This document shows positions 7,502 through 16,374 of a stretch of DNA of 20,000 nucleotides, one piece after another. The position numbers and the translations under genes are program-made. The DNA is from an uncultured virus (IMG/VR IMGVR_UViG_3300031787_000077) (lineage: Duplodnaviria; Heunggongvirae; Uroviricota; Caudoviricetes): IMG/VR virus record IMGVR_UViG_3300031787_000077, positions 52,658-72,657 of that record, one strand, 5' to 3'. How positions within the stretch are numbered: position 1 is the first letter of the stretch; each line of letters starts with the position of its first letter. The notes under the pieces were generated by a model. The model saw only the letters and a list, made by a program, of their open reading frames with translations, was not told where the DNA came from and searched no databases.

Positions 7502-10500
7502 ATGAGCATTGAAATACAGGAAACAGTTTACAATCTTGAAATAGAAACCACTATTGGTTTAATTGATACAGATAATTCTTCTATAGCTCATGCCGCATTA
7601 ATTGCTATAGAAAATATAGATAGTATTACTAATATTGATCTAGCAGATAAAACATATGAAACTATAACAGATACTGTTTCTGTTGTAGAATTAAGCTCCT
7701 CTAGCGCTCAACAATTATCAATTAATAGTGATTTTTTATCACCAATTCCAGCTGATTATATTATTGGTCTTAACGAATATTTAAGTAATTTTATAGATAA
7801 TTATGAAATAGATTGCGGTCTGCCATCTCACACAAGACTACAATTACGCAGGGACGTGTCTAATAATTGGACTATTAATAATCCTATACTGTATAGTGGT
7901 GAAATTGGCTATGAAACAAATACTGGGCGTTTTAAGATTGGCGATGGAACTACCTCTTGGATAAATTTAGACTATAATGCAATAATCCCAGCTGGTTTTT
8001 TGGCTGGGAGCGGATTGAATGTAAGTATAGCAAATGATGGGTCAACAGTTACATATAGTTTGAGTGATCCCACAATTCAATTAAATGATATTACTGATTT
8101 AACGTCTCAAGCAAAATCATTTCTAGAGACCCCAAGTAGTTTTAATTTATCATCATTAGTAACTGATGAAATTGGTAGTGGCTCTCTGGTATTTGCTAGT
8201 GGAGCAACGTTATATAATGTTACATTATCTGGTTCTATCAATATTGGATCAGAAAGCTTAAACGAAATTATTGAAGATACTATTGGTAATAAAATTAAAG
8301 CAGGATCTAATATTGATATTAATTATAATGATACTAATGGTGAGACTACAGTCAGTACCACTGGAGTTAGCTTAATAGGACATCTACACACAGTATCAGA
8401 TATTATTAATTTTAATAGTGGAGTTAATGATTTATTGCCAGTAAAAGATATTCTAGGTAGTGGCTATGTTAATGTAAATGCTACTTCTGGCAACTACACT
8501 ATTAGTGTTAGTGGATTACAGCCAAGTGGAAATTATAGCATTGTCGGCCATACCCATACTGCATCCAATATTACAGACTTTAATAGCAGCGTTAGCGGCT
8601 TAATACCACCATCAAATTTTACATCTTTGGTTGGTATTAGCGGAATTACAGTAAGTAATAGTGGTACAAATTATATTGTAAGATTAACAGACCCTACTAT
8701 TCAATTAAATGATATTACAGATTTATCTACTAACGCCATCTCTTTTTTATTAACGCCAAATAGTCTTAATTTATCCAACTTAATTACTGATGAAACTGGG
8801 AGTGGATTATTAGTATTTAACAATAGTCCAATATTTACTGGTAATCCAAGAGTACCAACTGCGACAGCCGGCACCAATACTGCACAAATTGCTAGCACAG
8901 CATTCGTGAGAACAGAAATCAGTAATCTAGTAGATTATGCTCCAGGCTTTTTAGACACATTAAATGAACTAGCTAATGCTTTAGGAGATGATCCAAATTT
9001 TGCTACAACAATTACTACCATGATTAGTAATAAAGTAAGCAAAGATGGAGACACAATGACAGGCACACTATATGCTCCAAGTGGAGTATTTAGTAGTGGC
9101 TTAACCCTAAATGGCAATACTGTTAGCGTTGTTGGTCATACTCATACATCCAGCAATATTATAGATTTCAACAGTAGTGTTAGTGGACTATTACCTATCA
9201 TAAGTAATAGTGGTAATAATAGATTATTAACTAGCACTGGTACTAGTACTGGTATTAATGCTGAGAATAATTTAACATTTGATGGTACTACTCTTAGTAT
9301 TAGTGGATCTCTAATTGTTGATGATCTTCAGCTAAATTCTAATATAATTAGTGCTAATAAAGTTATTATAGATGGTGGTCCAGATGGGGTGGTGATATCA
9401 GGAACAGTAGTTCCGTCGCTAACATTTATTGGATCAACGCCTAGTATGGGGTCAGTTATATTCTTAGATGGTTATACTAATAATAATATATCTTTAAGTC
9501 GTTTTAATAATACTAGCGTTATAGATATTTCAACAGAGCATGGCGCACCATACTCTACTGGTATTATCAATTTTTATGCTGATGAATTAACATTTAATGG
9601 TATACCTATTAGTATCAGTGGACATACTCACATAGCATCTCAAATTATTGATTTCAATAGTAGTGTGAGTGGCTTAATTCCTGTGAAGAATATACTAGCT
9701 GGTAGTGGAATAGTAGTATCATCAATTAGTGGCATTTATACTATTGATGCTAATATTAGTGGAGTTATTTTAGAAACTATTCAGGATAATTTAGGCAATG
9801 AATTTTTAGTTGAGGGAACAGGAGTTCAACTAACTTATAATGATAGTGCTAATACTCTTACTTTAAATAATCTTCATACTGAAATTAATGAACTTAGTCT
9901 TGAGCCTCAAGGTTTTGTTAATCGTCTTGATAGTATTATAAGTTTCAATGATAGTACCAGAACTTTTACTATTGCTCCTAGTGGTTCTAGTTATGAAATT
10001 TATATTGAGGGCGTAAAAGTTACTAAAACAACCAGTGAAAGCATTGTTATTGGTAGCGGCACAGCGCTAAACTATATTCATTTTAATACTGATACTGGAT
10101 TATTAGATACTAAAACCACAGGATTTAATTTTGATACTGATGTACCCATTGCTTTTATTCATTGGAATAGTGATATTAATCAAAGCACATTTTTTGGAGA
10201 AGAGAGACACGGCATCAGAATGGACAGCATGACCCACAAGTGGATTCATAACACTTTTGGTATGCAATATATTAATGGATTAAGTATTGGTGGATATACT
10301 CTATCAGGAAACGGAAGTTTGGACAGCCATGCTCAAATTGATATTAGTGATGGTACTCTTTATCAAGAAGATATTATTATTAATATTGCTGATGGAAACA
10401 ATGGGGTTGAATTTACTCAACAGTTGAGTCCAATAGCTTATATTCCAGTTTATTATCATAGTGGCTCTACTGGACAATGGGTAAGAGATGTTTCAACTCC

Positions 10501-11749
10501 GTATCCATTAAAATATAATGCTACACGAGCGCTTTATAATTTATATTCTGGTGGAACATGGACTACACCTAATGTGCCTAATAATCGTTATTTTGCTATG
10601 TGGATTGTGGCCACTAATGATATTAATGATCCAGTATTAGCCATTATGGGACAACGAGAAGATAGTAGTTTAGGCGGTGCTGAAAATAATAATAATTGGG
10701 GTGAGATTAATTTAACAAATATTCCTACCAATGAATTAAGACCATTATATCGATTAATTTTTGTTACTAATGATGCTTTTGCTAATACCTCTAAAAGCAG
10801 TTTACAAAGCATACTAGATTTGCGCAAAAGTATTATCACAAGCACATATGGCGTTACCCAAAATGATCATGGTAGTTTATTCGGTTTGGGCGACGACGAT
10901 CATTCACAATACGTTCATATTAATGAAGCTCGCACTATTAGTGCTAATCATACTTTTACTAATGGATTAACTATTAATAATGGATTATTAAGTGCTACTA
11001 GTGGTAATTTTACTGCGATACAAGTAAATGGAACAGGAGTGAGCGTTAGTGGTCACTCTCATACAGCTTCTAATATTACGGATTTTAGTAGTTCTGTTAG
11101 CGGTTTGCTACCATTAACAAATATAGTTGGTGGAACTAATATTAGTGTAATTCCTAGTGGAACAGTATACACTATTAGTGTGAGCGGTAGCTTAGGATTA
11201 ACCACAGAAGAAGTAGACGATAGAGTAGCATCACTATTAGTAGCAGGAAGTGGAATTAATTTAAATTATGATGATAGTGGTAATATTCTTACTATTTCTA
11301 GCAGCGGCTCAACAATATTAAATCCTAGCGACAATAGAATATTAACTAGCAACGGCACTACTAATGGCATCAATGGTGAAAGTAATCTTACATTTGACGG
11401 ATCGGTCCTTAATGTAGATGGTAATATAGTATTTGACAGTTTCACAGAGAGTGTGGTATCAATAGGATCAAGTGGACCAACAAAAACATTATCTATTGAG
11501 GGTGGAACCGTTCAAACTTGTACGCTCACATCTAATTGTGTTTTTACTATGCCAAGTGCTGTGGCTGGTAAAAGTTTCAGTATGTTTTTAAATACTGGTA
11601 GCGGAAATTATACCGCTAGTTTTAGCGGAGTATTATGGAGTGATAGCGCGCCGCCAACAGTTACTACAACATCAAACAAGGTGGATATATTGAGTTTTAT
11701 TAGTGATGGAACTTATTGGTATGGAAGTTATTCTCAAAATTATGGATAA
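7502..11749 (+). CDS. Large mosaic tail fiber protein (1415 aa)
   Basis: Mtd_N-like segment (LQLRRD...NPILYSGEIGYETNTGRFKIGDGTTSW). Fiber motifs PTATAGTNTAQIASTAFV and APGFLDTLNELANALGDDPNFATT. Five GHxH repeats, a HGSLFGLGDDDHSQY motif, and a C-terminal beta domain ending VDILSFISDGTYWYG. Confidence 0.88.
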   Translation: MSIEIQETVYNLEIETTIGLIDTDNSSIAHAALIAIENIDSITNIDLADKTYETITDTVSVVELSSSSAQQLSINSDFLSPIPADYIIGLNEYLSNFIDNYEIDCGLPSHTRLQLRRDVSNNWTINNPILYSGEIGYETNTGRFKIGDGTTSWINLDYNAIIPAGFLAGSGLNVSIANDGSTVTYSLSDPTIQLNDITDLTSQAKSFLETPSSFNLSSLVTDEIGSGSLVFASGATLYNVTLSGSINIGSESLNEIIEDTIGNKIKAGSNIDINYNDTNGETTVSTTGVSLIGHLHTVSDIINFNSGVNDLLPVKDILGSGYVNVNATSGNYTISVSGLQPSGNYSIVGHTHTASNITDFNSSVSGLIPPSNFTSLVGISGITVSNSGTNYIVRLTDPTIQLNDITDLSTNAISFLLTPNSLNLSNLITDETGSGLLVFNNSPIFTGNPRVPTATAGTNTAQIASTAFVRTEISNLVDYAPGFLDTLNELANALGDDPNFATTITTMISNKVSKDGDTMTGTLYAPSGVFSSGLTLNGNTVSVVGHTHTSSNIIDFNSSVSGLLPIISNSGNNRLLTSTGTSTGINAENNLTFDGTTLSISGSLIVDDLQLNSNIISANKVIIDGGPDGVVISGTVVPSLTFIGSTPSMGSVIFLDGYTNNNISLSRFNNTSVIDISTEHGAPYSTGIINFYADELTFNGIPISISGHTHIASQIIDFNSSVSGLIPVKNILAGSGIVVSSISGIYTIDANISGVILETIQDNLGNEFLVEGTGVQLTYNDSANTLTLNNLHTEINELSLEPQGFVNRLDSIISFNDSTRTFTIAPSGSSYEIYIEGVKVTKTTSESIVIGSGTALNYIHFNTDTGLLDTKTTGFNFDTDVPIAFIHWNSDINQSTFFGEERHGIRMDSMTHKWIHNTFGMQYINGLSIGGYTLSGNGSLDSHAQIDISDGTLYQEDIIINIADGNNGVEFTQQLSPIAYIPVYYHSGSTGQWVRDVSTPYPLKYNATRALYNLYSGGTWTTPNVPNNRYFAMWIVATNDINDPVLAIMGQREDSSLGGAENNNNWGEINLTNIPTNELRPLYRLIFVTNDAFANTSKSSLQSILDLRKSIITSTYGVTQNDHGSLFGLGDDDHSQYVHINEARTISANHTFTNGLTINNGLLSATSGNFTAIQVNGTGVSVSGHSHTASNITDFSSSVSGLLPLTNIVGGTNISVIPSGTVYTISVSGSLGLTTEEVDDRVASLLVAGSGINLNYDDSGNILTISSSGSTILNPSDNRILTSNGTTNGINGESNLTFDGSVLNVDGNIVFDSFTESVVSIGSSGPTKTLSIEGGTVQTCTLTSNCVFTMPSAVAGKSFSMFLNTGSGNYTASFSGVLWSDSAPPTVTTTSNKVDILSFISDGTYWYGSYSQNYG
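8060..8818 (+). repeat. Two diverged ~135-bp intragenic repeats (8060-8194 and 8684-8818)
   Basis: Both encode L(S/T)DPTIQLNDITDL...FL.TP.S.NLS.L.TDE.GSG.LVF and share the DNA core ATTCAATTAAATGATATTAC. Confidence 0.85.
8378..11113 (+). repeat. Five dispersed 21-codon GHxH repeats (starts 8378, 8546, 9134, 9620, 11051)
   Basis: Consensus GHTHTASNIxDFNSSVSGLLP, read directly from the translation. Confidence 0.9.
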
Positions 11750-11754
11750 TAGTT

Positions 11755-12774
11755 ATGTTTAGTGCTAAAATAAATTTATACAAACCATTTAGTCGATTAG
11801 TTAAGAAAAATCAACTATTAACACTAGATGTAGTATATCAAGGTAAGCCGTTCGTTAATGTTGTTAGCAGCAATCAGAATAATTATAATTTAGATACGGC
11901 ATATAGAGGCCAACCATTTGTAGGCACACCAAATCACTATATTAAGCGTTCGCTTATTGGAACTAATCATCCTGATGTTGAAAATTGGCTCAATACTATC
12001 TCCCTAAATAATGGAAGTGCTAGTAGTACCACAATATCAGCACTCAATACTTTTTGTAATAGTATAGATGTCGCTGGATTACGACAAAAATTTTATCGAC
12101 TTAATTTATTTTGTGGAAATAATTTGAATGCCTGTTTGGTACCATTATATGTGAATTTATGGTGGAATCAACCAGTACTAGGATCTTCTATAGATCAAAA
12201 TTTCAATTTTACTACTAGCGATTATAATGAAACCGGAATGAATGGAGGTTTACTAGGTAATGGAAGTAATAAGTATTTAGATACTAGATTGTATTCAAAT
12301 TTATTGCCTGATCTTAGTAGTGGAGGACATTTGTCGGTATATGCTGCTGGAAGTTTTTCCTCTCAGATAGCCATAGGAATTTATAATTATACAACCCCGC
12401 CCTTTACAATTACTCATGAATCAGAACTACAAATTGGATCTACTACAACAAATGCATATATTAATTTTGGTGGTGGAGCAGAATCTCCTTCATATACATC
12501 TCCGGTATTTATAGTTGGAAATCGTAGTTCTAATACTAGTATCATTTGTTATGCTAATGGAGTAGGCGGAACCAGTTTTACTGGTTTGGCAAATAGCAGC
12601 AATCCAGCATTATCTTTTTTTGTTTTTGCTAGAAATCTCATAGGTGTACCAACAGCACACTTTGGTCAAAGATTAAGATCTTATTCTATTGGAGCTGGAT
12701 TTACACCACAAGAAATTACCAACTACAATAGTATTATGCAAACTTTCCAAACATCATTAAACAGGAACGTATAA
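11755..12774 (+). CDS. Putative virion lectin/concanavalin A-like (LamG-like) protein
   Basis: The ATG at 11755, 5 nt after the fiber stop, is preferred over the TTG at 11716. GLLGNGSNKYLDT, a beta-rich core and a C-terminal helix (QTFQTSLNRNV). N-terminal tandem LD..Y.G.PFV motifs. Confidence 0.65.
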   Translation: MFSAKINLYKPFSRLVKKNQLLTLDVVYQGKPFVNVVSSNQNNYNLDTAYRGQPFVGTPNHYIKRSLIGTNHPDVENWLNTISLNNGSASSTTISALNTFCNSIDVAGLRQKFYRLNLFCGNNLNACLVPLYVNLWWNQPVLGSSIDQNFNFTTSDYNETGMNGGLLGNGSNKYLDTRLYSNLLPDLSSGGHLSVYAAGSFSSQIAIGIYNYTTPPFTITHESELQIGSTTTNAYINFGGGAESPSYTSPVFIVGNRSSNTSIICYANGVGGTSFTGLANSSNPALSFFVFARNLIGVPTAHFGQRLRSYSIGAGFTPQEITNYNSIMQTFQTSLNRNV

Positions 12775-12775
12775 T

Positions 12776-15700
12776 ATGGCCACATTATTTGTAGATTTTG
12801 AAAATGGAAATGATAATTATGCTGGAACCAGCTTTAATCCACTAGCGTCTGGAACAGACGGCCGAATCACCATATCCACAGCCCAAACTTTTAGTTCAGC
12901 TACCGCTAATTTTCCTAATGATGGCTCAATAACTCAGACTAAAAATTTATTTGGCTCGGCAGAAAGTATTGATAATGGTAATGCTTTTAGTGCGCTAGAT
13001 ATTAGTAGAACACGGGTCATCAACGAAACATCTCCAATATCTGGATCTAACGTATATACAATAGTTGAACTAGCTAATAATGCTACTCATAGATTAGCTC
13101 CACAAACAATAAGCTATTCATTAAATACTTCTCTACCATATACAGTATCACTTTATGCTAAAAGTTTTGGTCGATATATAGTAACTATGCGTTTTGGTAG
13201 TTTAACTAGCAAGGGTGCCAGATTTAATTTAAATAATGGTACTGTAGAAGCTGTCGGATTTAATGCTACAGCATCAATATCTAGTGCTGGTAATGGGTGG
13301 TACAGAATATCGTTAACAGCAACGCCAGCGGCCAGTAATGATTCGATTGAGTTAGGTTTAACCGACAATAATTATAGTGATACTGGTATGGAAACTTATG
13401 TTGGTAATGGCGTAGATGGCATTTATATATCCGCCCCTCAATTAGAACAAAACTCATCAGCTACAACTTATGAAAAACCAACCGAACAATATTTAAGTAT
13501 TTGGAATGGAAGTTTATATGCTGTATTTAAACTAGTATATTTATTAAATTCAACAACATTTATAATTACTGCTTTGTCTAGTGGTACAGCGGCGACAAGT
13601 CAAGCTGTTGATCGTCAATATTATATTGGAGGACGATGGAAAAATATTAATCTTAGTAACAGTGCTGTTGGGGCTAATGCCGCAAGATTAGTTCCTGGTG
13701 ATACTATAAGAATTATGGGTAGTCCAGCCCCAACTTTAGTTGGTAGTGGATTATGGACTAGTGACAGAGGCGGAATTTCTAGTAATGTTAGTAGTACGAC
13801 TAATACTTCTCCAATTACTGTTAATACATCTAGTTCAATGGCAACGCTTGGTGTAAGTACCGGCGATACTATTACTATTGCTGGTCACACAACCAATACT
13901 AATGCGAACGGAACATGGGTTGTTACAGTCGCAGATCCAGCCCTTGGTCGTTGTACGCTTAATGGATCCACAGGAAACGGAGTTGGTGGAGCGTCGGGGT
14001 TTTTCAAAAAAAGAACAAATTGTGTTGTAACATTAGATAGCGCAGTAACGGCTAATATTGCTAGTTATGGAAATCGAGGAGAAGGTCGCACAGGATGGAC
14101 AGGAGTAACAAATGTGACAGTTACGCTAGATGCTACTGATACTAAAGAGGGAGATGTCAGCGATAGCGTAGCTATAGGCGCAGCATTTACAACGGGCAAA
14201 GCAGCATATAAAAGTACAGGCGCATTAAATCTGAGTGGTTATCAACAACTTAGTTTTCATATTAAACAAACGGCTGGAACAGTTGCTGTTGTTGGGGATA
14301 TTAGTATCAGATTATGTTCTGATACTTTAGGAGATACTCCGGTTCATACATTCAATATACCGGCGCTAGGAGTATTAAATCAATGGGCTTGTTTTACTAT
14401 AGATCTTGGCTCTAATATGAATAGCAGCATTCAAAGTGTTGCCTTATACGTCGATACTGATAGAGGCGCTCAAACATTCTTATTAAGTAATATTATTGCT
14501 TGTAAAGCATCATCATCACCGGATAGTTTAAATTTATGCTCGCTGATTAGTAAAAATACAACTAATGAGCCTTGGTTTCCTATTATGAGTATTAATGGAA
14601 CAAGAGTAGTACTAGGTGCCTATCCAAATATTACCCCACTAGCTAATCCTAGCAATAATGATACTTATAGAGGATATTATGGATTTTCTGGAACTGGTAA
14701 TTCTACTGTTTATAAGAGAGAAACTATTAAAACACCAATTGGTACTTCTGTAAATATCCCACAAGCACTTAGACCACCAGAAGCTGGGTCAGTTAATTTG
14801 CCATATAATTTTGAGGGCGGCTGGGATCGAACAAATATGAGTGTTCAAAATTTAGAAACTTATATTGATGGTATTAATGGTTATGGGCTAGGATGTATAT
14901 CTCAAAATATGGTTTATGTTAATATTAACAAAATTGGTGTTGTAAGATATTATACAGGCGGTAGTTTTAATGCTAATCATCTTTCTACTCTAAGTTTAGA
15001 ATATGCTATAGGATGTACCAACATTGGTTGGGACTTCAGCATTGCTCAACAAAATATTATTAATAAAATAGCGGCTGTGGGTAATAATTATGGTATTAAC
15101 ATGGCTAATGCCGGAACGAATGTATTGTCTAATATAATACTTGTATCTAACATACAGGCTGGTATGTATACAAACAATACTACTGCTAATAATAAATATA
15201 ACAATTTTACTGTACTGAATACTAGTAGGAATGGATTAGATATTAGAGATACCACTGATTCTATATTTAATAGTGGTGTTATTGAGGCATCTAGCACATA
15301 TGGAATTAATGCATTATCATCTAACAATAATATATTTAATAATTTATCAACAAATAATAATACTATTTATGGTGCATTTTTAGGTGGTGGTCAATTATTA
15401 TTAAATAATTCTACTATAAATGAAACTGTTGAATTTTTTGTGGGTAATACTAGTCTTAATGGTAGAATACTTAGTTCTAATCATGATAATACAGCAAATA
15501 ATTATATTATTACAACAGACTACGGCTTAATAAGGCCACAAACTAGCATACGGTATACTAATAGTGGTTGGGCATGGGCATTAAGTCCGACTAATGCTAC
15601 ATATAGAAACTCTTTTTTCCCACTGGATTTATCTGTGACTAAAATAGCAGTATCTGCTAATAGTCTTGTTACAGTAAAGGCTTGGATGAGACGAAGTAAT

Positions 15701-15916
15701 GTCTTATTAACTACGGGATTAAGAATTAAAGGTGGTCAAATAGATGGTGTACCAAATGATATTACTAGTTATATGACTGCTGCTGCTGATACATGGCAGC
15801 AAGTAACTTTAACTTTTACTCCATCAGAAGTTGGCGTGGTGGAAATACTAGCAGAATGTTATGGTGGAACCACCCATACGGCATATGTTGATGATATTAG
15901 TGTAACTCAAGTTTAA
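12776..15916 (+). CDS. Tailspike/depolymerase-like virion protein with a beta-helix and carbohydrate-binding-like domains
   Basis: CBM/head-spike-like domain (GNGWYRISLT...APQLEQ). Asn/Ile-rich parallel beta-helix-like repeats at about 14900-15480. C-terminal jelly-roll-like domain (ADTWQQVTLTFTP...YVDDISVTQ). Confidence 0.72.
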   Translation: MATLFVDFENGNDNYAGTSFNPLASGTDGRITISTAQTFSSATANFPNDGSITQTKNLFGSAESIDNGNAFSALDISRTRVINETSPISGSNVYTIVELANNATHRLAPQTISYSLNTSLPYTVSLYAKSFGRYIVTMRFGSLTSKGARFNLNNGTVEAVGFNATASISSAGNGWYRISLTATPAASNDSIELGLTDNNYSDTGMETYVGNGVDGIYISAPQLEQNSSATTYEKPTEQYLSIWNGSLYAVFKLVYLLNSTTFIITALSSGTAATSQAVDRQYYIGGRWKNINLSNSAVGANAARLVPGDTIRIMGSPAPTLVGSGLWTSDRGGISSNVSSTTNTSPITVNTSSSMATLGVSTGDTITIAGHTTNTNANGTWVVTVADPALGRCTLNGSTGNGVGGASGFFKKRTNCVVTLDSAVTANIASYGNRGEGRTGWTGVTNVTVTLDATDTKEGDVSDSVAIGAAFTTGKAAYKSTGALNLSGYQQLSFHIKQTAGTVAVVGDISIRLCSDTLGDTPVHTFNIPALGVLNQWACFTIDLGSNMNSSIQSVALYVDTDRGAQTFLLSNIIACKASSSPDSLNLCSLISKNTTNEPWFPIMSINGTRVVLGAYPNITPLANPSNNDTYRGYYGFSGTGNSTVYKRETIKTPIGTSVNIPQALRPPEAGSVNLPYNFEGGWDRTNMSVQNLETYIDGINGYGLGCISQNMVYVNINKIGVVRYYTGGSFNANHLSTLSLEYAIGCTNIGWDFSIAQQNIINKIAAVGNNYGINMANAGTNVLSNIILVSNIQAGMYTNNTTANNKYNNFTVLNTSRNGLDIRDTTDSIFNSGVIEASSTYGINALSSNNNIFNNLSTNNNTIYGAFLGGGQLLLNNSTINETVEFFVGNTSLNGRILSSNHDNTANNYIITTDYGLIRPQTSIRYTNSGWAWALSPTNATYRNSFFPLDLSVTKIAVSANSLVTVKAWMRRSNVLLTTGLRIKGGQIDGVPNDITSYMTAAADTWQQVTLTFTPSEVGVVEILAECYGGTTHTAYVDDISVTQV

Positions 15917-15927
15917 AGAGGATTATT

Positions 15928-16104
15928 ATGAATTATATTATTAGTGAGGTATATTTAGATCCTGCAAACAAATATAGGGTGCGAGTAATTATAGACGAAA
16001 ATAGTGCAGAATTTTTCAAATTTGACCATTACCCTACCAAAGAACAAGTTAATGAGGCGGTTCAAAACTATCTAGATAATAAATCTTTACCAGACAACGA
16101 ATAA
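15928..16104 (+). CDS. Small hypothetical protein (58 aa), absent from the ORF track
   Basis: AGAGGA RBS. Translation MNYIISEVYLDPANKYRVRVIIDENSAEFFKFDHYPTKEQVNEAVQNYLDNKSLPDNE*. Fills the gap after the tailspike gene. Confidence 0.8.
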   Translation: MNYIISEVYLDPANKYRVRVIIDENSAEFFKFDHYPTKEQVNEAVQNYLDNKSLPDNE

Positions 16105-16110
16105 TATGTT

Positions 16111-16118
16111 TTGGTGTA
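16111..16118 (+). promoter_or_regulatory. TTGGTGTA motif (copy 3)
   Basis: Intergenic, upstream of an AAGGA RBS and the ATG at 16154. Confidence 0.55.
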
Positions 16119-16153
16119 ATACTAGTTATATCCACTAACAAGAAGGAATTATT

Positions 16154-16372
16154 ATGGCTAATGATATTAGTAAAGCTATTGTGGCCAATCCTATTAAAAA
16201 CGGCACCAGCATTGTGGGGTGCAAAGTAACAGGATTTGATAGTCACGATCTATTAAATACTTATGTTAGTAATAAGCCAACTATTACTGATATACAAGAT
16301 AAATATGATAACAGATTCTCTAATGGATTATTAGTACAACTAGTTGGAACCTCTGGCATTATAGGAGTTTAA
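16154..16372 (+). CDS. Small hypothetical protein (72 aa)
   Basis: AAGGA RBS. Ends 2 nt before the next ATG and contains that gene's AGGAG RBS. Confidence 0.75.
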   Translation: MANDISKAIVANPIKNGTSIVGCKVTGFDSHDLLNTYVSNKPTITDIQDKYDNRFSNGLLVQLVGTSGIIGV

Positions 16373-16374
16373 AT

